NCBI GenBank assembly: GCA_963741955.1
Contig: CAVUKB010000007.1
Coordinates: 608,001 to 672,000 of the forward strand
Source: an uncultured Acidobacteriota bacterium
GTDB lineage: Bacteria > Acidobacteriota > Thermoanaerobaculia > Gp7-AA8
Reading direction: 5' to 3'
DNA length: 64,000 bases
This document shows, piece by piece, positions 48,506 through 57,721 of this stretch. A program made the position numbers and the translations under genes. Position 1 is the first letter of the stretch. Every line of letters starts with the position of its first letter. A model generated the notes under the pieces. It was given only the letters and a program-made list of their open reading frames with translations. It did not search any database and was not told where the DNA came from.

Positions 48506-50222
48506 CCCGCATTTCTCACAAGACTCTTTTGGGGGAGTTCAACCGGAGCTGAAGGGGGCGTTCAGCGTAGATTTTGCCGGAATGGGGAGAGTTGGAGTCG
48601 AACAAGGCTGAAGTTATTTGACTGGGCGCTGGTTCCGGAGGGCGGCGGAGGTTCGGGCAGTATCGTGCAGCCAACGCTCAGACACACGTTTCCTCTGGTT
48701 CAGAGTTGAACAGACGTGGTTGCGGGAAGATGAGTTGAGGAACGATCCGCCTTCAGGGAGAGGCAAGAGCTAAGTTGCTGCAGACCAGCGCGAACAGCTT
48801 CGTCATCGGATACCCACTCGAGAGTGAGATCCATATCTTGCGCGTGGTCACGCGGATCCGTGCTCCGATCTTGAACAGCTTCAGCCGAATTGTGTTGCAC
48901 TGAGCGGTGGCCAGCTCGGTTCCTTTCAGTCCCAGCCGCCGCAACGCATTCATCAGCAGATAGGCCGCCGAAGAAAACCAGAGCCGCAACTGATTTGCTC
49001 TCATCGTTGCCGCCGAGGTCCGATCCGAAAACAGAAAACATTTCTGTTCCTTGATTCGGTTCTCCATCTCTCCGCGCTCACAGTAGAGCTCTTCGTACAG
49101 CGGCTTCACCGCCATCGCCTCCACCGGGAGCGACGTTACGACGAACCTGCCGTTGGCTTTGTCCACCAGGTACTCGGCTTTCGCCACCACACGACGGGAC
49201 CGGCTCCAGCTCTTGCGAGTCCGGTAGTTCAGATCCTTGTAGGTGCGGCACGCCTCGGAGAGATGTTGCGACTCGGCTCGTACCAGAGCCATCTCCGCCT
49301 CGATCATCGCCTCGAGGCGCCGGTTCTTGGGCAGACCGATCGCGTAATCGATCCCTTCGGACTCGCACCAGCTCAGGATCTCGTCGCAGCAGAATCCCGA
49401 ATCAGCACGAATCACGATCTTCACATCCGGCCAGCTCTCACGGATCTGCCCAATGATCCGCCTGAGTTCCTCGACCGTTCCCTCGGCAGGTCCGACGCTC
49501 GCCTCTCGCAGACGTGCGCAGAGCAGATCCTGTCCACAGAACACGTAGAGTGGCAGATAGCAGTACGACCCGTAGTGGCCGTGGAAAAATCGCCCCTCCT
49601 GATTCCCATGGATTCTGTCCTCGGTCGTGTCCAGATCAATCACGATCTGATCCGGAGGAGTCGACCTGGATTTTAAGAACACGTCGACGAAGAATTTATC
49701 AATCGCGTTTCCGTCATAGACGATCCGCTTGTATCGATCCTCCCCGTGACCATCCGGGGTCAACTCCAACCGGTTCAGCGTACTCTTGCCCGCCAGCGGC
49801 TGCCTGGGATCCGATTTGCCCGATAAGGTCCCGATCAGCGGATCCTCACGCAGAGAATCGTGATCGTTCAGATCTTCATATCCGAGAGCCAATCCCATCA
49901 CCCGCTGCCGGATCATCGACTCGAGCGAGTGCTGAACCAAAGTGCGTTTTCGGTAATCCCGAAAGCATCCGACGAACCTTTCCAGAATCCTCGTCCGCCT
50001 TTCCGTCTCGAGCAGCAGGAGCCCTCCCCCGTCCGAAGTGAGCTGTCCACCGTCGAACCTGGCGACGATCTCACGCCCTCCCACCCCTTGGAATCGCAAC
50101 TCGTTCCCGCTACACTCTGTCTGCTTCATACCGCCGCCTCCCGTGCTGTTGATGTTGTTGTGCACACTCAACTTAATAGCACGGAACGGCGGTCTTTTTC
50201 TCCCTACTGTGAGAAATCCGGG
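48506..50222 (-). mobile_element. IS1380-family insertion sequence
   Basis: TIRs CCCGCATTTCTCACA / TGTGAGAAATCCGGG; CTAG on both sides. Confidence 0.9.
48753..50129 (-). CDS. IS1380-family transposase
   Basis: FDGGQLTSDGG, GYEDLNDH, IDLDTT...HG.QEG, RADSGF, RGEMENRIKE; likely start MKQTECS. Confidence 0.93.
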   Translation of the reverse strand: MKQTECSGNELRFQGVGGREIVARFDGGQLTSDGGGLLLLETERRTRILERFVGCFRDYRKRTLVQHSLESMIRQRVMGLALGYEDLNDHDSLREDPLIGTLSGKSDPRQPLAGKSTLNRLELTPDGHGEDRYKRIVYDGNAIDKFFVDVFLKSRSTPPDQIVIDLDTTEDRIHGNQEGRFFHGHYGSYCYLPLYVFCGQDLLCARLREASVGPAEGTVEELRRIIGQIRESWPDVKIVIRADSGFCCDEILSWCESEGIDYAIGLPKNRRLEAMIEAEMALVRAESQHLSEACRTYKDLNYRTRKSWSRSRRVVAKAEYLVDKANGRFVVTSLPVEAMAVKPLYEELYCERGEMENRIKEQKCFLFSDRTSAATMRANQLRLWFSSAAYLLMNALRRLGLKGTELATAQCNTIRLKLFKIGARIRVTTRKIWISLSSGYPMTKLFALVCSNLALASP

Positions 50223-50226
50223 CTAG

Positions 50227-51817
50227 GAGTCTGCGCGGTAGGACGTAAGTTCGGCGCTTCCTGATGATCTCGGGTGACGTCCGCTCGCGAGCGGCAGAAC
50301 CGGGCCATCGAAGCGCCTTGGGGTTGATGGAGCCGTTCTCGGGGAGGTGGCAGCGCGAAACACTTGCTCGGCGGGACTTTTCGGGGGTTGGATACTGCTC
50401 TGCCGGGGCTATTCGACCGCAACCAGAGCGCTCATTCGCTTCAGATTGATCACCAGGCACACCAGAGCCCATTCGCCGGCAACTTTGCGCGTCCCGCGGA
50501 GACTGAATCGTCGAAAGCCGAGAACGTTTTTGACCCAGCCAAACACCGGTTCAACGATTGCCTTTCGCCGGCGATAGACCGCCTTGCCTGCAGGTGAGTC
50601 CAACTTCTGCTTCATCCGCAGAGTCGCGGGGAGCGTCGTCTCAGCTGCGGTTTCTTTGCCTTCTCGTCCGAGAGAAACATACGCATCGATCTTCTTCTCC
50701 TCCAACTCGATGAACGAGCTTTCCGATTGTAACCGGTGTCGGCAACAACCTGGTCGGGGCTTGTTTCGCAATTCTGTTCGACCACCTCGACCAAAGGCAC
50801 GAGTGATCCGCTGTCCGCCGCAGATTGTGTGATCTCGAATCCGACGATGAGTTGGTTATCGGCATCGACTGCGATCTGCGCGTTGTAGCACTGCTGAAAT
50901 CCTTCCTGGGACTTCATGATTCGGCTCTCGGAATCGGTGAAGTTCTCTTGCGCTTTGTCCTCAGGTACGCCGAACTTCCGTTTGAATGGCTTACCCTTCT
51001 TCCTGGCCGGATCATCGTCGCCTTCGGAGCGACCAGCCTTCGTGTCCAGTTCCCGCTGTCGCTGTTCGAGTCGCTCTCGTGCATCTCTGATCTTTCGGAT
51101 GCGTGTTTCCCGGCGCTGGAGCTCTTCGGGCAACTCATCCCCGCGTCGATCAACCCCGTACTCGGCATCCTCCCGGGCATCCTCTTCCGCCGCTGTGGCC
51201 AAAATCTCCGCGATCTCCTTCTCGAGCTTCGCTTCTTCCTTCTTCATCCGATCGTAGCTCATCGCCTTGTGCTTGCTGGCATTCGCTCGCACCTTCGACC
51301 CGTCGATTGCGATCCTCCCGAGCGTAACTAACCCTGCCTCCTGAGCGGTCCGAATGATCTGGACCAGCAATGAGCTGAATGCGTCCACGTTTTCAAGCCG
51401 AAAGTCGCAGATGGTCCGATGCGATGGAAAGTTCCCGGCTGCAAGATACCGGACGGCGATATCTTCATCGATCCGCCGGGCAATCTTGCGCGAGGAGAAC
51501 GTTCCCGTCAGGTACGAATAGGTGATCAACTTGAGCATCATCCTCGGCTCGTAGGGCTGCTTCCGCCTGCCGTCGCCCTTGTACCGCTCGTAGAATGCAC
51601 TCAGATCAAGCTGATCGATCATGTCGGAAACGAAGTGCGCCAAGTGACCCTCAGGGAGCCACTCGTATGGCGAGGGCGGAAGCAGCAGCGACTGCTCCGG
51701 TCGGTATGGCCTATACGTGGTCGGCATGACCTAATCTTAACATATTATCGTTACTACTAACCATTCACCTTTTATCATGCCGATTTGCCGCGAACCGGGT
51801 TTCTACCGCGCAGACTC
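50227..51817 (-). mobile_element. IS1182-family insertion sequence (copy b, diverged)
   Basis: Same TIRs as copy a; CTAG at 50223-50226 and 51818-51821. Confidence 0.92.
50409..51727 (-). pseudogene. IS1182 transposase, frameshifted near 50727
   Basis: Copy a has TTCCGATCTGTA, copy b has TTCCGATTGTA (1-nt loss); the C-terminus continues in ORF 50409-50771. Confidence 0.8.
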
Positions 51818-51821
51818 CTAG

Positions 51822-51980
51822 GAGTCTGCGCGGTAGAAACTGTCCTACTGCGAAAGCGGATCAACGGTCCAAATCCGCCCGGATTTTCGGCGAGTAGCCA
51901 CCGCTACGCACCTCAAATCCGAACGAATTTGGCCTCGCTGCTCCGCTTTCTCGCTACGGACGTTTCTACCGCGCAGACTC
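51822..51980. mobile_element. 159-bp MITE with IS1182-type ends
   Basis: Near-identical to 42351-42509; CTAG both sides. Confidence 0.9.
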
Positions 51981-52122
51981 CTAGGATCTAGGATCTAGGA
52001 TCTAGGATCTAGGATCTAGGATCTGAAAGGCATCGAGAAAAGCATCGAGGATCGAGGATCGAGGATCGAGGATCTAGGATCTAGGATCTGAAAGGCATTC
52101 GGGATCCAGGATCGAGGATCGA
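51981..52122. repeat. Heptamer tract (CTAGGAT x6, then GAGGATC/GAAAGGCATC units)
   Basis: Direct reading; continues the GAAAGGCATC tract at 46885-46910. Confidence 0.9.
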
Positions 52123-52464
52123 GTCGGTCGAGGTCCAACGAGTGAAAGCAAACGCATGGGCTGCCTCCCGGCAGGGCTTTGGGTTTGTGCCGAGGGGCGC
52201 CGCGGCTTCCGCCGCGGCGGGCACGGCGGAAGCCGTGCCGCACCAGAGGAGGCAAGTGACTCGTGTCAGATCGCGCCGGAGTTTGCATCGAGGGATCGAG
52301 GATCGAGTCGGTCGAGGTCCAACGAGTGAGAGCAAACGCATGGGCTGCCTTCCGGCAGGGCTTTGGGTTTGTGCCGAGGGGCGCCGCGGCTTCTGCCGCG
52401 GCGGGCACGGCGGAAGCCGTGCCGCACCAGAGGAGGCAAGTGACTCGTGTCAGATCGCGCCGGA
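52109..52464. repeat. Two direct copies (period ~184 bp) each containing a REP doublet
   Basis: REP doublets at 52194-52244 and 52378-52428, same family as 32389-32439. Confidence 0.85.
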
Positions 52465-52530
52465 AGTTCGAATCGACGATCGAGTATGGGGTGTGGCGGA
52501 TCTGTTTGATGTCATCGATAATTCGAGCAT

Positions 52531-53688
52531 ATGAGATCTCAGATCCGTGTCCGGCTCGTCGCGTTGCCGCTGCTGCTCGCGATTCTCCCGATGTCGCTCG
52601 ATGGCGCGGAAGGTCCCGGCACGCCGGCACGACGGCGGTCGGTCCGTCCTCCCGAGCATTGGCACGTGCCGCAGTGCGAAGTGGTTCGTGGCATTCCGGC
52701 TGTGACGTTCTCTCGAGACCGTGGTGCAACCGTCGCGGAGCGGTCGGAGACTCTGGGCGGCATCGGCTACACGTTCGGGCTGGCGGTACTCGAACGGCCG
52801 AACCAGTTGATGGCCGTGTACGAGAATGTCGTCTACCGGAGCGAGGACGCCGGTTGCAACTGGAGCGCGGTCGCGGCACTCGACCCTTCGACGTTCCCTC
52901 CCTTTCTACTCGCCGCGCCGGAAGGTCTGCTCTACGCATGGTCGCCGAACCGGCAGACGCTGATCCGCATCGAACGCGATCGCCTTATGACGCTCAAATC
53001 GCCGGCCGAATCGATCGTCGGGCTCGGAGTCGATGCCGCGGGAGAGCTTCGGCTCGGAGGATCGGACGGAGCGCTCTGGAAGTCGACCGATTCAGGGTCC
53101 AGCTGGGATCCCGCCGGACGGCTCGATCCGCCCGGGGGATGGGTCTACGAATTCACGTTCGATCCGCAGAACCCGGACCACATCCTCGCCGCATGTGCGG
53201 TCAGCGGAGCATGGACCAGCGAAGACGGCGGTCGCACCTGGACCGAGGCATCAGGGCTCTCGAAAAGCGGCGGCTCAGTGAACATCTTTCGCGGCGTCAT
53301 CTCGCCGGCAGATCCGAACCGCGTCTGGGTGGAGGGGATCGATCTGGCGGAATCGGATGCCGGAGCGCCTTCGGAAGGACGCCATATCTACCTCTCGAGC
53401 GACGGAGGAAAGACATTCACTCCGGTCGTCGATCAGTCTGCCGGGGTGGTGCTCGTGAACGGTCCGGTGATGGCCGCCGATCCTCTGAATCCGGACCGGC
53501 TCCTGTTCGTCTTCGGCACGTATTACCAGCAATACGGAACGGACCTGTTCGAATACGACGCGGAAGCGGCGACGCTGACCACGCACCACTTCGCGTTCGA
53601 CGGGATCGATTCGATCGCGTTCTCGCCCGTGGATCCCGACACGATCTACTTCGGTCTCGAAGTGGTGCAGGGGATCGGGGAGCAGTGA
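52531..53688 (+). CDS. Secreted BNR/Asp-box beta-propeller protein
   Basis: Signal peptide; repeated S.D.G..W/F Asp-boxes (SEDAGCNW, STDSGSSW, SEDGGRTW, SSDGGKTF). Confidence 0.8.
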   Translation: MRSQIRVRLVALPLLLAILPMSLDGAEGPGTPARRRSVRPPEHWHVPQCEVVRGIPAVTFSRDRGATVAERSETLGGIGYTFGLAVLERPNQLMAVYENVVYRSEDAGCNWSAVAALDPSTFPPFLLAAPEGLLYAWSPNRQTLIRIERDRLMTLKSPAESIVGLGVDAAGELRLGGSDGALWKSTDSGSSWDPAGRLDPPGGWVYEFTFDPQNPDHILAACAVSGAWTSEDGGRTWTEASGLSKSGGSVNIFRGVISPADPNRVWVEGIDLAESDAGAPSEGRHIYLSSDGGKTFTPVVDQSAGVVLVNGPVMAADPLNPDRLLFVFGTYYQQYGTDLFEYDAEAATLTTHHFAFDGIDSIAFSPVDPDTIYFGLEVVQGIGEQ

Positions 53689-53701
53689 AGGCGGCCGCCG
53701 A

Positions 53702-54088
53702 TCAGACGGTCACCATGTTCGGCATTTCCGCTTCGCGCACCGTGCGGGCCTGATTCTTCTCGTCCACGAAGACCAGTTTCGGGCGATGGTTGAGGATCTG
53801 TCCTTCATGGAGGAAGCAGTAGCAGGCGATGATCACCTTCTCTCCGGGGCTGACGAGATGGGCCGCCGCGCCGTTCACGCAAATGTCGCCCCTTCCGGGC
53901 TCGCCCTCGATCACGTAGGTCTCGAACCGGGTTCCGCTGGTGACGTTGTAGACCTCCACCTTTTCGTACGGCAGGAGTCCTGCGGCATTCATCAGGTGGC
54001 GGTCGATGGTGATCGACCCTTCGTACTCGACGTTTGCTTCGGTGACGGTCGCTCGGTGAATCTTGCAACGGAGGAACTGGCGCATCAT
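53702..54088 (-). CDS. panD: Aspartate 1-decarboxylase
   Basis: KIHRATVTEANVEYEGSITID, RFETYVI, NGAAA. Confidence 0.96.
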   Translation of the reverse strand: MMRQFLRCKIHRATVTEANVEYEGSITIDRHLMNAAGLLPYEKVEVYNVTSGTRFETYVIEGEPGRGDICVNGAAAHLVSPGEKVIIACYCFLHEGQILNHRPKLVFVDEKNQARTVREAEMPNMVTV

Positions 54089-54981
54089 GCTTCGGTCCTT
54101 TCGAAAGTGGAGACCTGACCCGAGCCCTGGGCGGTCCGCTCCACCGGGAGATTGTCGATCAGTCTGGTCCGCCCGACTCGCACCGCTCCGACGAGGAGGA
54201 GATCCCGATTGAGATCGGCCGGCGCGTCGAACGTCTCCGGATCGACGAGCCGCAGGTAATCGATCTCCATTCCGCCGCCGGCCGCGGCCTCATTCATCGC
54301 CCGCTCCGCCGCATCCACGCTTGCATCACCGTCCTCGCGCAGAACCCGCTCCCCGGCGCGGAGAGCCTGGTAGAGCTGCGGCGCGAGTGCGCGCTCTTCC
54401 GCCGAGAGATATGCGTTGCGTGACGACATCGCCAGTCCATCCGCGTCGCGGATCGTCGGCGCGATGTAGATCGCGACCGGGACGTTCAGGTCGCGGACCA
54501 GATGGCGGACCACCGCGCATTGCTGAGCGTCCTTCTGTCCAAAGACGGCGAAGTCGGGCTGAACCGCGTTCAGGAGCTTCAGTACCACCGTCGCCACTCC
54601 GTCGAAGTGTCCCGGACGGCGTTCTCCTTCCAGGTTCCGCGAGGCTGCTCCGATCGTGACTACCGTCGCGAACCCGGGCGGGTACATCTCCTGCGTCGTC
54701 GGAAGAAACAGCACGTCGACTCCGCGGCTCTGGAGGAGAGCGCGGTCGCGCTCCTCGTTACGGGGATACGTCTCGAAATCTTCTCCCGGGCCGAACTGGG
54801 TCGGGTTGACGAAGACCGATACGACGAGGAACGTCGCTCCGTTGTCTCGCGCGACGTCGAGGAGCGACAGATGACCCCCGTGCAGCGCTCCCATGGTCGG
54901 GACGAATCCCACGATCTTGTCTGCATCGCGAGCCCCGGCGACCGCGGCCCGCAACGCTTCGAAAGTACGTACGACGATCAC
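54085..54981 (-). CDS. panC: Pantoate--beta-alanine ligase
   Basis: GTG start overlapping the panB stop; FVPTMGALH.GH, FVNPTQF, RPGHFDGV, GQKDAQQ, GLAMSSRN, RLIDN. Confidence 0.95.
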   Translation of the reverse strand: MIVVRTFEALRAAVAGARDADKIVGFVPTMGALHGGHLSLLDVARDNGATFLVVSVFVNPTQFGPGEDFETYPRNEERDRALLQSRGVDVLFLPTTQEMYPPGFATVVTIGAASRNLEGERRPGHFDGVATVVLKLLNAVQPDFAVFGQKDAQQCAVVRHLVRDLNVPVAIYIAPTIRDADGLAMSSRNAYLSAEERALAPQLYQALRAGERVLREDGDASVDAAERAMNEAAAGGGMEIDYLRLVDPETFDAPADLNRDLLLVGAVRVGRTRLIDNLPVERTAQGSGQVSTFERTEA

Positions 54982-55847
54982 TTCTCCTCCTCGACGGTGG
55001 CGTAGAGACGTTTGAGCTCCGCCTCTCCGCTCACGTGGAATGACTCGGTGCCGATATCCGGGAAACGTCCCTCGCGGACGTCGTCGAGATAATGCGCGAG
55101 GGCTTCCCTCGATCTCGCGCCGATGTCGGCGTACTGCCGGACGAACTTCGGAGTGTGTCCGTCGTAGAGCCCAAGGAGATCGTGGAAGACGAGGACCTGT
55201 CCATCGCACGCCGGTCCTGCGCCGATTCCGATGGTCGGAATCGAGATCTGCTCGGTGATGAACGCCGCGACTTCGCTCGGCACGCACTCGAGCACCAGGC
55301 TGAAACATCCCGCCTGGTCGAGAGCGACGGCCTCGTCGATCAGACGGCGCGCCGCCTCCTTTCCCTTTCCCTGGACTTTGAAGCCGCCGATCGCATTGAC
55401 CGACTGCGGCGTCAGACCGATGTGGCCCATCACGGGGATCTCCGCATCGAGGATCGCTTCGATGGCGCGGATCCGGGAGGGTTTTCCTCCCTCCACCTTC
55501 ACCGCGTGCGCGCCGGCCTGAATGAACGCGCCCGCGTTCCGGACCGTCTCCTCGATCGAGACGTGGTAGGAGAGGTACGGCATATCCGCGACCAGGAGGG
55601 CGTGCTTCGTTCCCCGCGCCGCGGCCCGGGTGTGATGGAGCATGTCTTCCATCGTCACGTTCAGAGTGTCGAGGTATCCGAGGACCACCATTCCGAGCGA
55701 ATCACCGACCAGGGCGATGTCGGCGCCCGCTTCGTCGACCAGCCGAGCGCTCGGAAAATCGTAGGCGGTGATCATCCCGATCCGGCGTTTTCCCTTCATC
55801 TCGCGGATGGCCGGAACGGTGGTGGGCTTGCGTGTCGGCTCGGTCAT
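54978..55847 (-). CDS. panB: 3-methyl-2-oxobutanoate hydroxymethyltransferase
   Basis: TAYDF, LVGDSLGM, VKVEGG, GHIGLTPQS, IGIGAG..CDGQVLV. Confidence 0.97.
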   Translation of the reverse strand: MTEPTRKPTTVPAIREMKGKRRIGMITAYDFPSARLVDEAGADIALVGDSLGMVVLGYLDTLNVTMEDMLHHTRAAARGTKHALLVADMPYLSYHVSIEETVRNAGAFIQAGAHAVKVEGGKPSRIRAIEAILDAEIPVMGHIGLTPQSVNAIGGFKVQGKGKEAARRLIDEAVALDQAGCFSLVLECVPSEVAAFITEQISIPTIGIGAGPACDGQVLVFHDLLGLYDGHTPKFVRQYADIGARSREALAHYLDDVREGRFPDIGTESFHVSGEAELKRLYATVEEEK

Positions 55848-55924
55848 GGAAAGCCTCCTCTCGTTTCAAGGGAGGCCGGGGGGAGTGACGAACGACAGAG
55901 CGGCGCGCCGGCCGCTTCGGATCT

Positions 55925-56009
55925 CGATGTCGCCCATCGTGACGATCACCGTATCCCTCTGTTCGAACTGCCTTTTCTCCGTCCCGGTCCTTCTGATTCA
56001 GGATCCAAG
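55925..56009 (-). ncRNA. pan-motif-like cis-regulatory RNA (two hairpins with bulged A) upstream of panB
   Basis: Minus-strand stems CUUGGAUCCUG/CGGGACGGAG and CGGUGAUCGUC/GGCGACAUCG; both pair GAUC with GAC leaving a bulged A. Confidence 0.6.
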
Positions 56010-56651
56010 CGGTACGTAGTACTGAGTCCCCTTCTGCGCGGTTCGAATCTGCTCGACCAGCGCATCGAAGTCCTGCGCGTTCTGAACAAAGTCGATCTCG
56101 TTGGTATTCACCACCAGCAGGGGCGTCGCGTCGTAATGGTAGAAGTAGTGCGCGTACGCCTCGCTGAGCTCCTTCAGGTACTGCGGCGAGATCGACTTCT
56201 CGTACTCCCGCCCGCGCTTTCGAATGCGCCGGTGGAGTGTATCAAGATTCCCTTGCAGATAAATGACCAGATCCGGTTTCGGGAGCGTCTCCGCCAGCAG
56301 GTCGTAAAGCCGGTTGTAGATCAGCAGATCCGAATCCTCCAGGGTGAGATAGGCGAAGATCTTGTCCTTGGGAAACGTGTAGTCCGCGAGCACGAGCTCG
56401 GTGAACAGATCACGCTGGGTGAGCCGGCGAAGCTGGTCGAATCGCGAGAGGAGAAAGAAGAGCTGGCAGCGGAACGCCGCCCCCTTCTTGTCCTTGTAGA
56501 AGTCGGAGAGGAACGGATTCTCCACATCCTCGAGGATCTTCGTCCCGCGGAATCGCCGCGCGAGGAGATTGACGAGGGAAGTCTTTCCCACGCCGATCGG
56601 CCCTTCGATCGCGATGTGGCGGAATGGCAGCGACTCGGCTGGCTCAGGCAT
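55998..56651 (-). CDS. Deoxynucleoside kinase
   Basis: IAIEGPIGVGKT, ENPFL.DFY, QLFFL.SR, PDLVIYL, RI.KRGR.YE. Confidence 0.92.
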   Translation of the reverse strand: MPEPAESLPFRHIAIEGPIGVGKTSLVNLLARRFRGTKILEDVENPFLSDFYKDKKGAAFRCQLFFLLSRFDQLRRLTQRDLFTELVLADYTFPKDKIFAYLTLEDSDLLIYNRLYDLLAETLPKPDLVIYLQGNLDTLHRRIRKRGREYEKSISPQYLKELSEAYAHYFYHYDATPLLVVNTNEIDFVQNAQDFDALVEQIRTAQKGTQYYVPLGS

Positions 56652-56702
56652 CCGTGCTCACATCCTCCGGATCCATCCGGCCGGCCTCTGGTTCGATCCG
56701 GC

Positions 56703-57566
56703 TCAAGGATGGCTCCTCATCAGAATGTCGACCGCTCCGAAGACGAACAGGACGATGGACAGAATTCCGTTCGCGGTGAAGAACGCCGCGTCGATCCGCG
56801 AGATGTCGGTCGGCGTGACCAGCGAATGCTGCCAGATCAGCAGCCCCACCGCCGCGGCGACACCGACATAGTAGAGGATGCCGAACGAAGCGAGAATCCC
56901 GAAAGCGACGAGACAGCCGACCGTTACCACGTGGAAGAGGCGCGCGACCCCCAGCGCGGCCGCTGGCCCGATCCGCACCGGGATCGAATGGAGACCGCTC
57001 CGGCGGTCGAATCCGAGATCCTGCAGCGAGTAGAGAACATCGAATCCAGCTGTCCAGAAGAGGACCCCCGCACCGAGCAGGAACACCCGCGGATCGATCG
57101 TGCCGCTCACCGCGATCCACGCGCCGATCGGCGCCACGCCGAGTGACAGCCCGAGAAAGAGATGGCTCAGCGACGTGAATCGCTTGGTGAACGAATACCC
57201 GAAGACGATCAGCAACGCGACCGGCGAAAGATAGAACGCGAGCGGGTTCAGCTCCCACGCGGCGAGGATCAGCGCCCCCGCCGAGGCGACGGTGAAGAGT
57301 GCGACGAACTGCCGCGAGACTTCTCCCGCCGGAAGCGCGCGGCCGGCCGTCCGGGGGTTCTTCGCGTCGATCGGCGCATCGACCAGACGGTTGAACGCCA
57401 TCGCAGCGGAGCGCGCCCCCGCCATCGCGACCAGGATCCACAAGAGCGTCCTCAGGTCCGGTACGCCGTTTGCTGCGGTGAACGCCGCCAGCAGCGCAAA
57501 CGGGAGCGCGAAGACCGTGTGCTGGAACTTGATCATCTCCAGAGTGATGGTGATCGGTCGGAACAC
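56703..57566 (-). CDS. UbiA-family prenyltransferase
   Basis: HTVFALPFA, ARSAAMAFNRLVD..IDAKNPRT..R.LP.G, YSFTKRFT, GFD..Y.LQD..FDR. Confidence 0.9.
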   Translation of the reverse strand: MFRPITITLEMIKFQHTVFALPFALLAAFTAANGVPDLRTLLWILVAMAGARSAAMAFNRLVDAPIDAKNPRTAGRALPAGEVSRQFVALFTVASAGALILAAWELNPLAFYLSPVALLIVFGYSFTKRFTSLSHLFLGLSLGVAPIGAWIAVSGTIDPRVFLLGAGVLFWTAGFDVLYSLQDLGFDRRSGLHSIPVRIGPAAALGVARLFHVVTVGCLVAFGILASFGILYYVGVAAAVGLLIWQHSLVTPTDISRIDAAFFTANGILSIVLFVFGAVDILMRSHP

Positions 57567-57721
57567 GGCGGTGATTTTAGCAAGTTGTTCCGCCGCTGGT
57601 AGAATGACCCCGTTTCAGCGCTCCCGATCGGCGCTTCGACGCACGCGTGCCCCCTCCGGGCCCGCGCACCCGGCCGGAACGGGCGACCCGTCCGGCAACC
57701 ACTCTCGAGAGGCATTCAATC

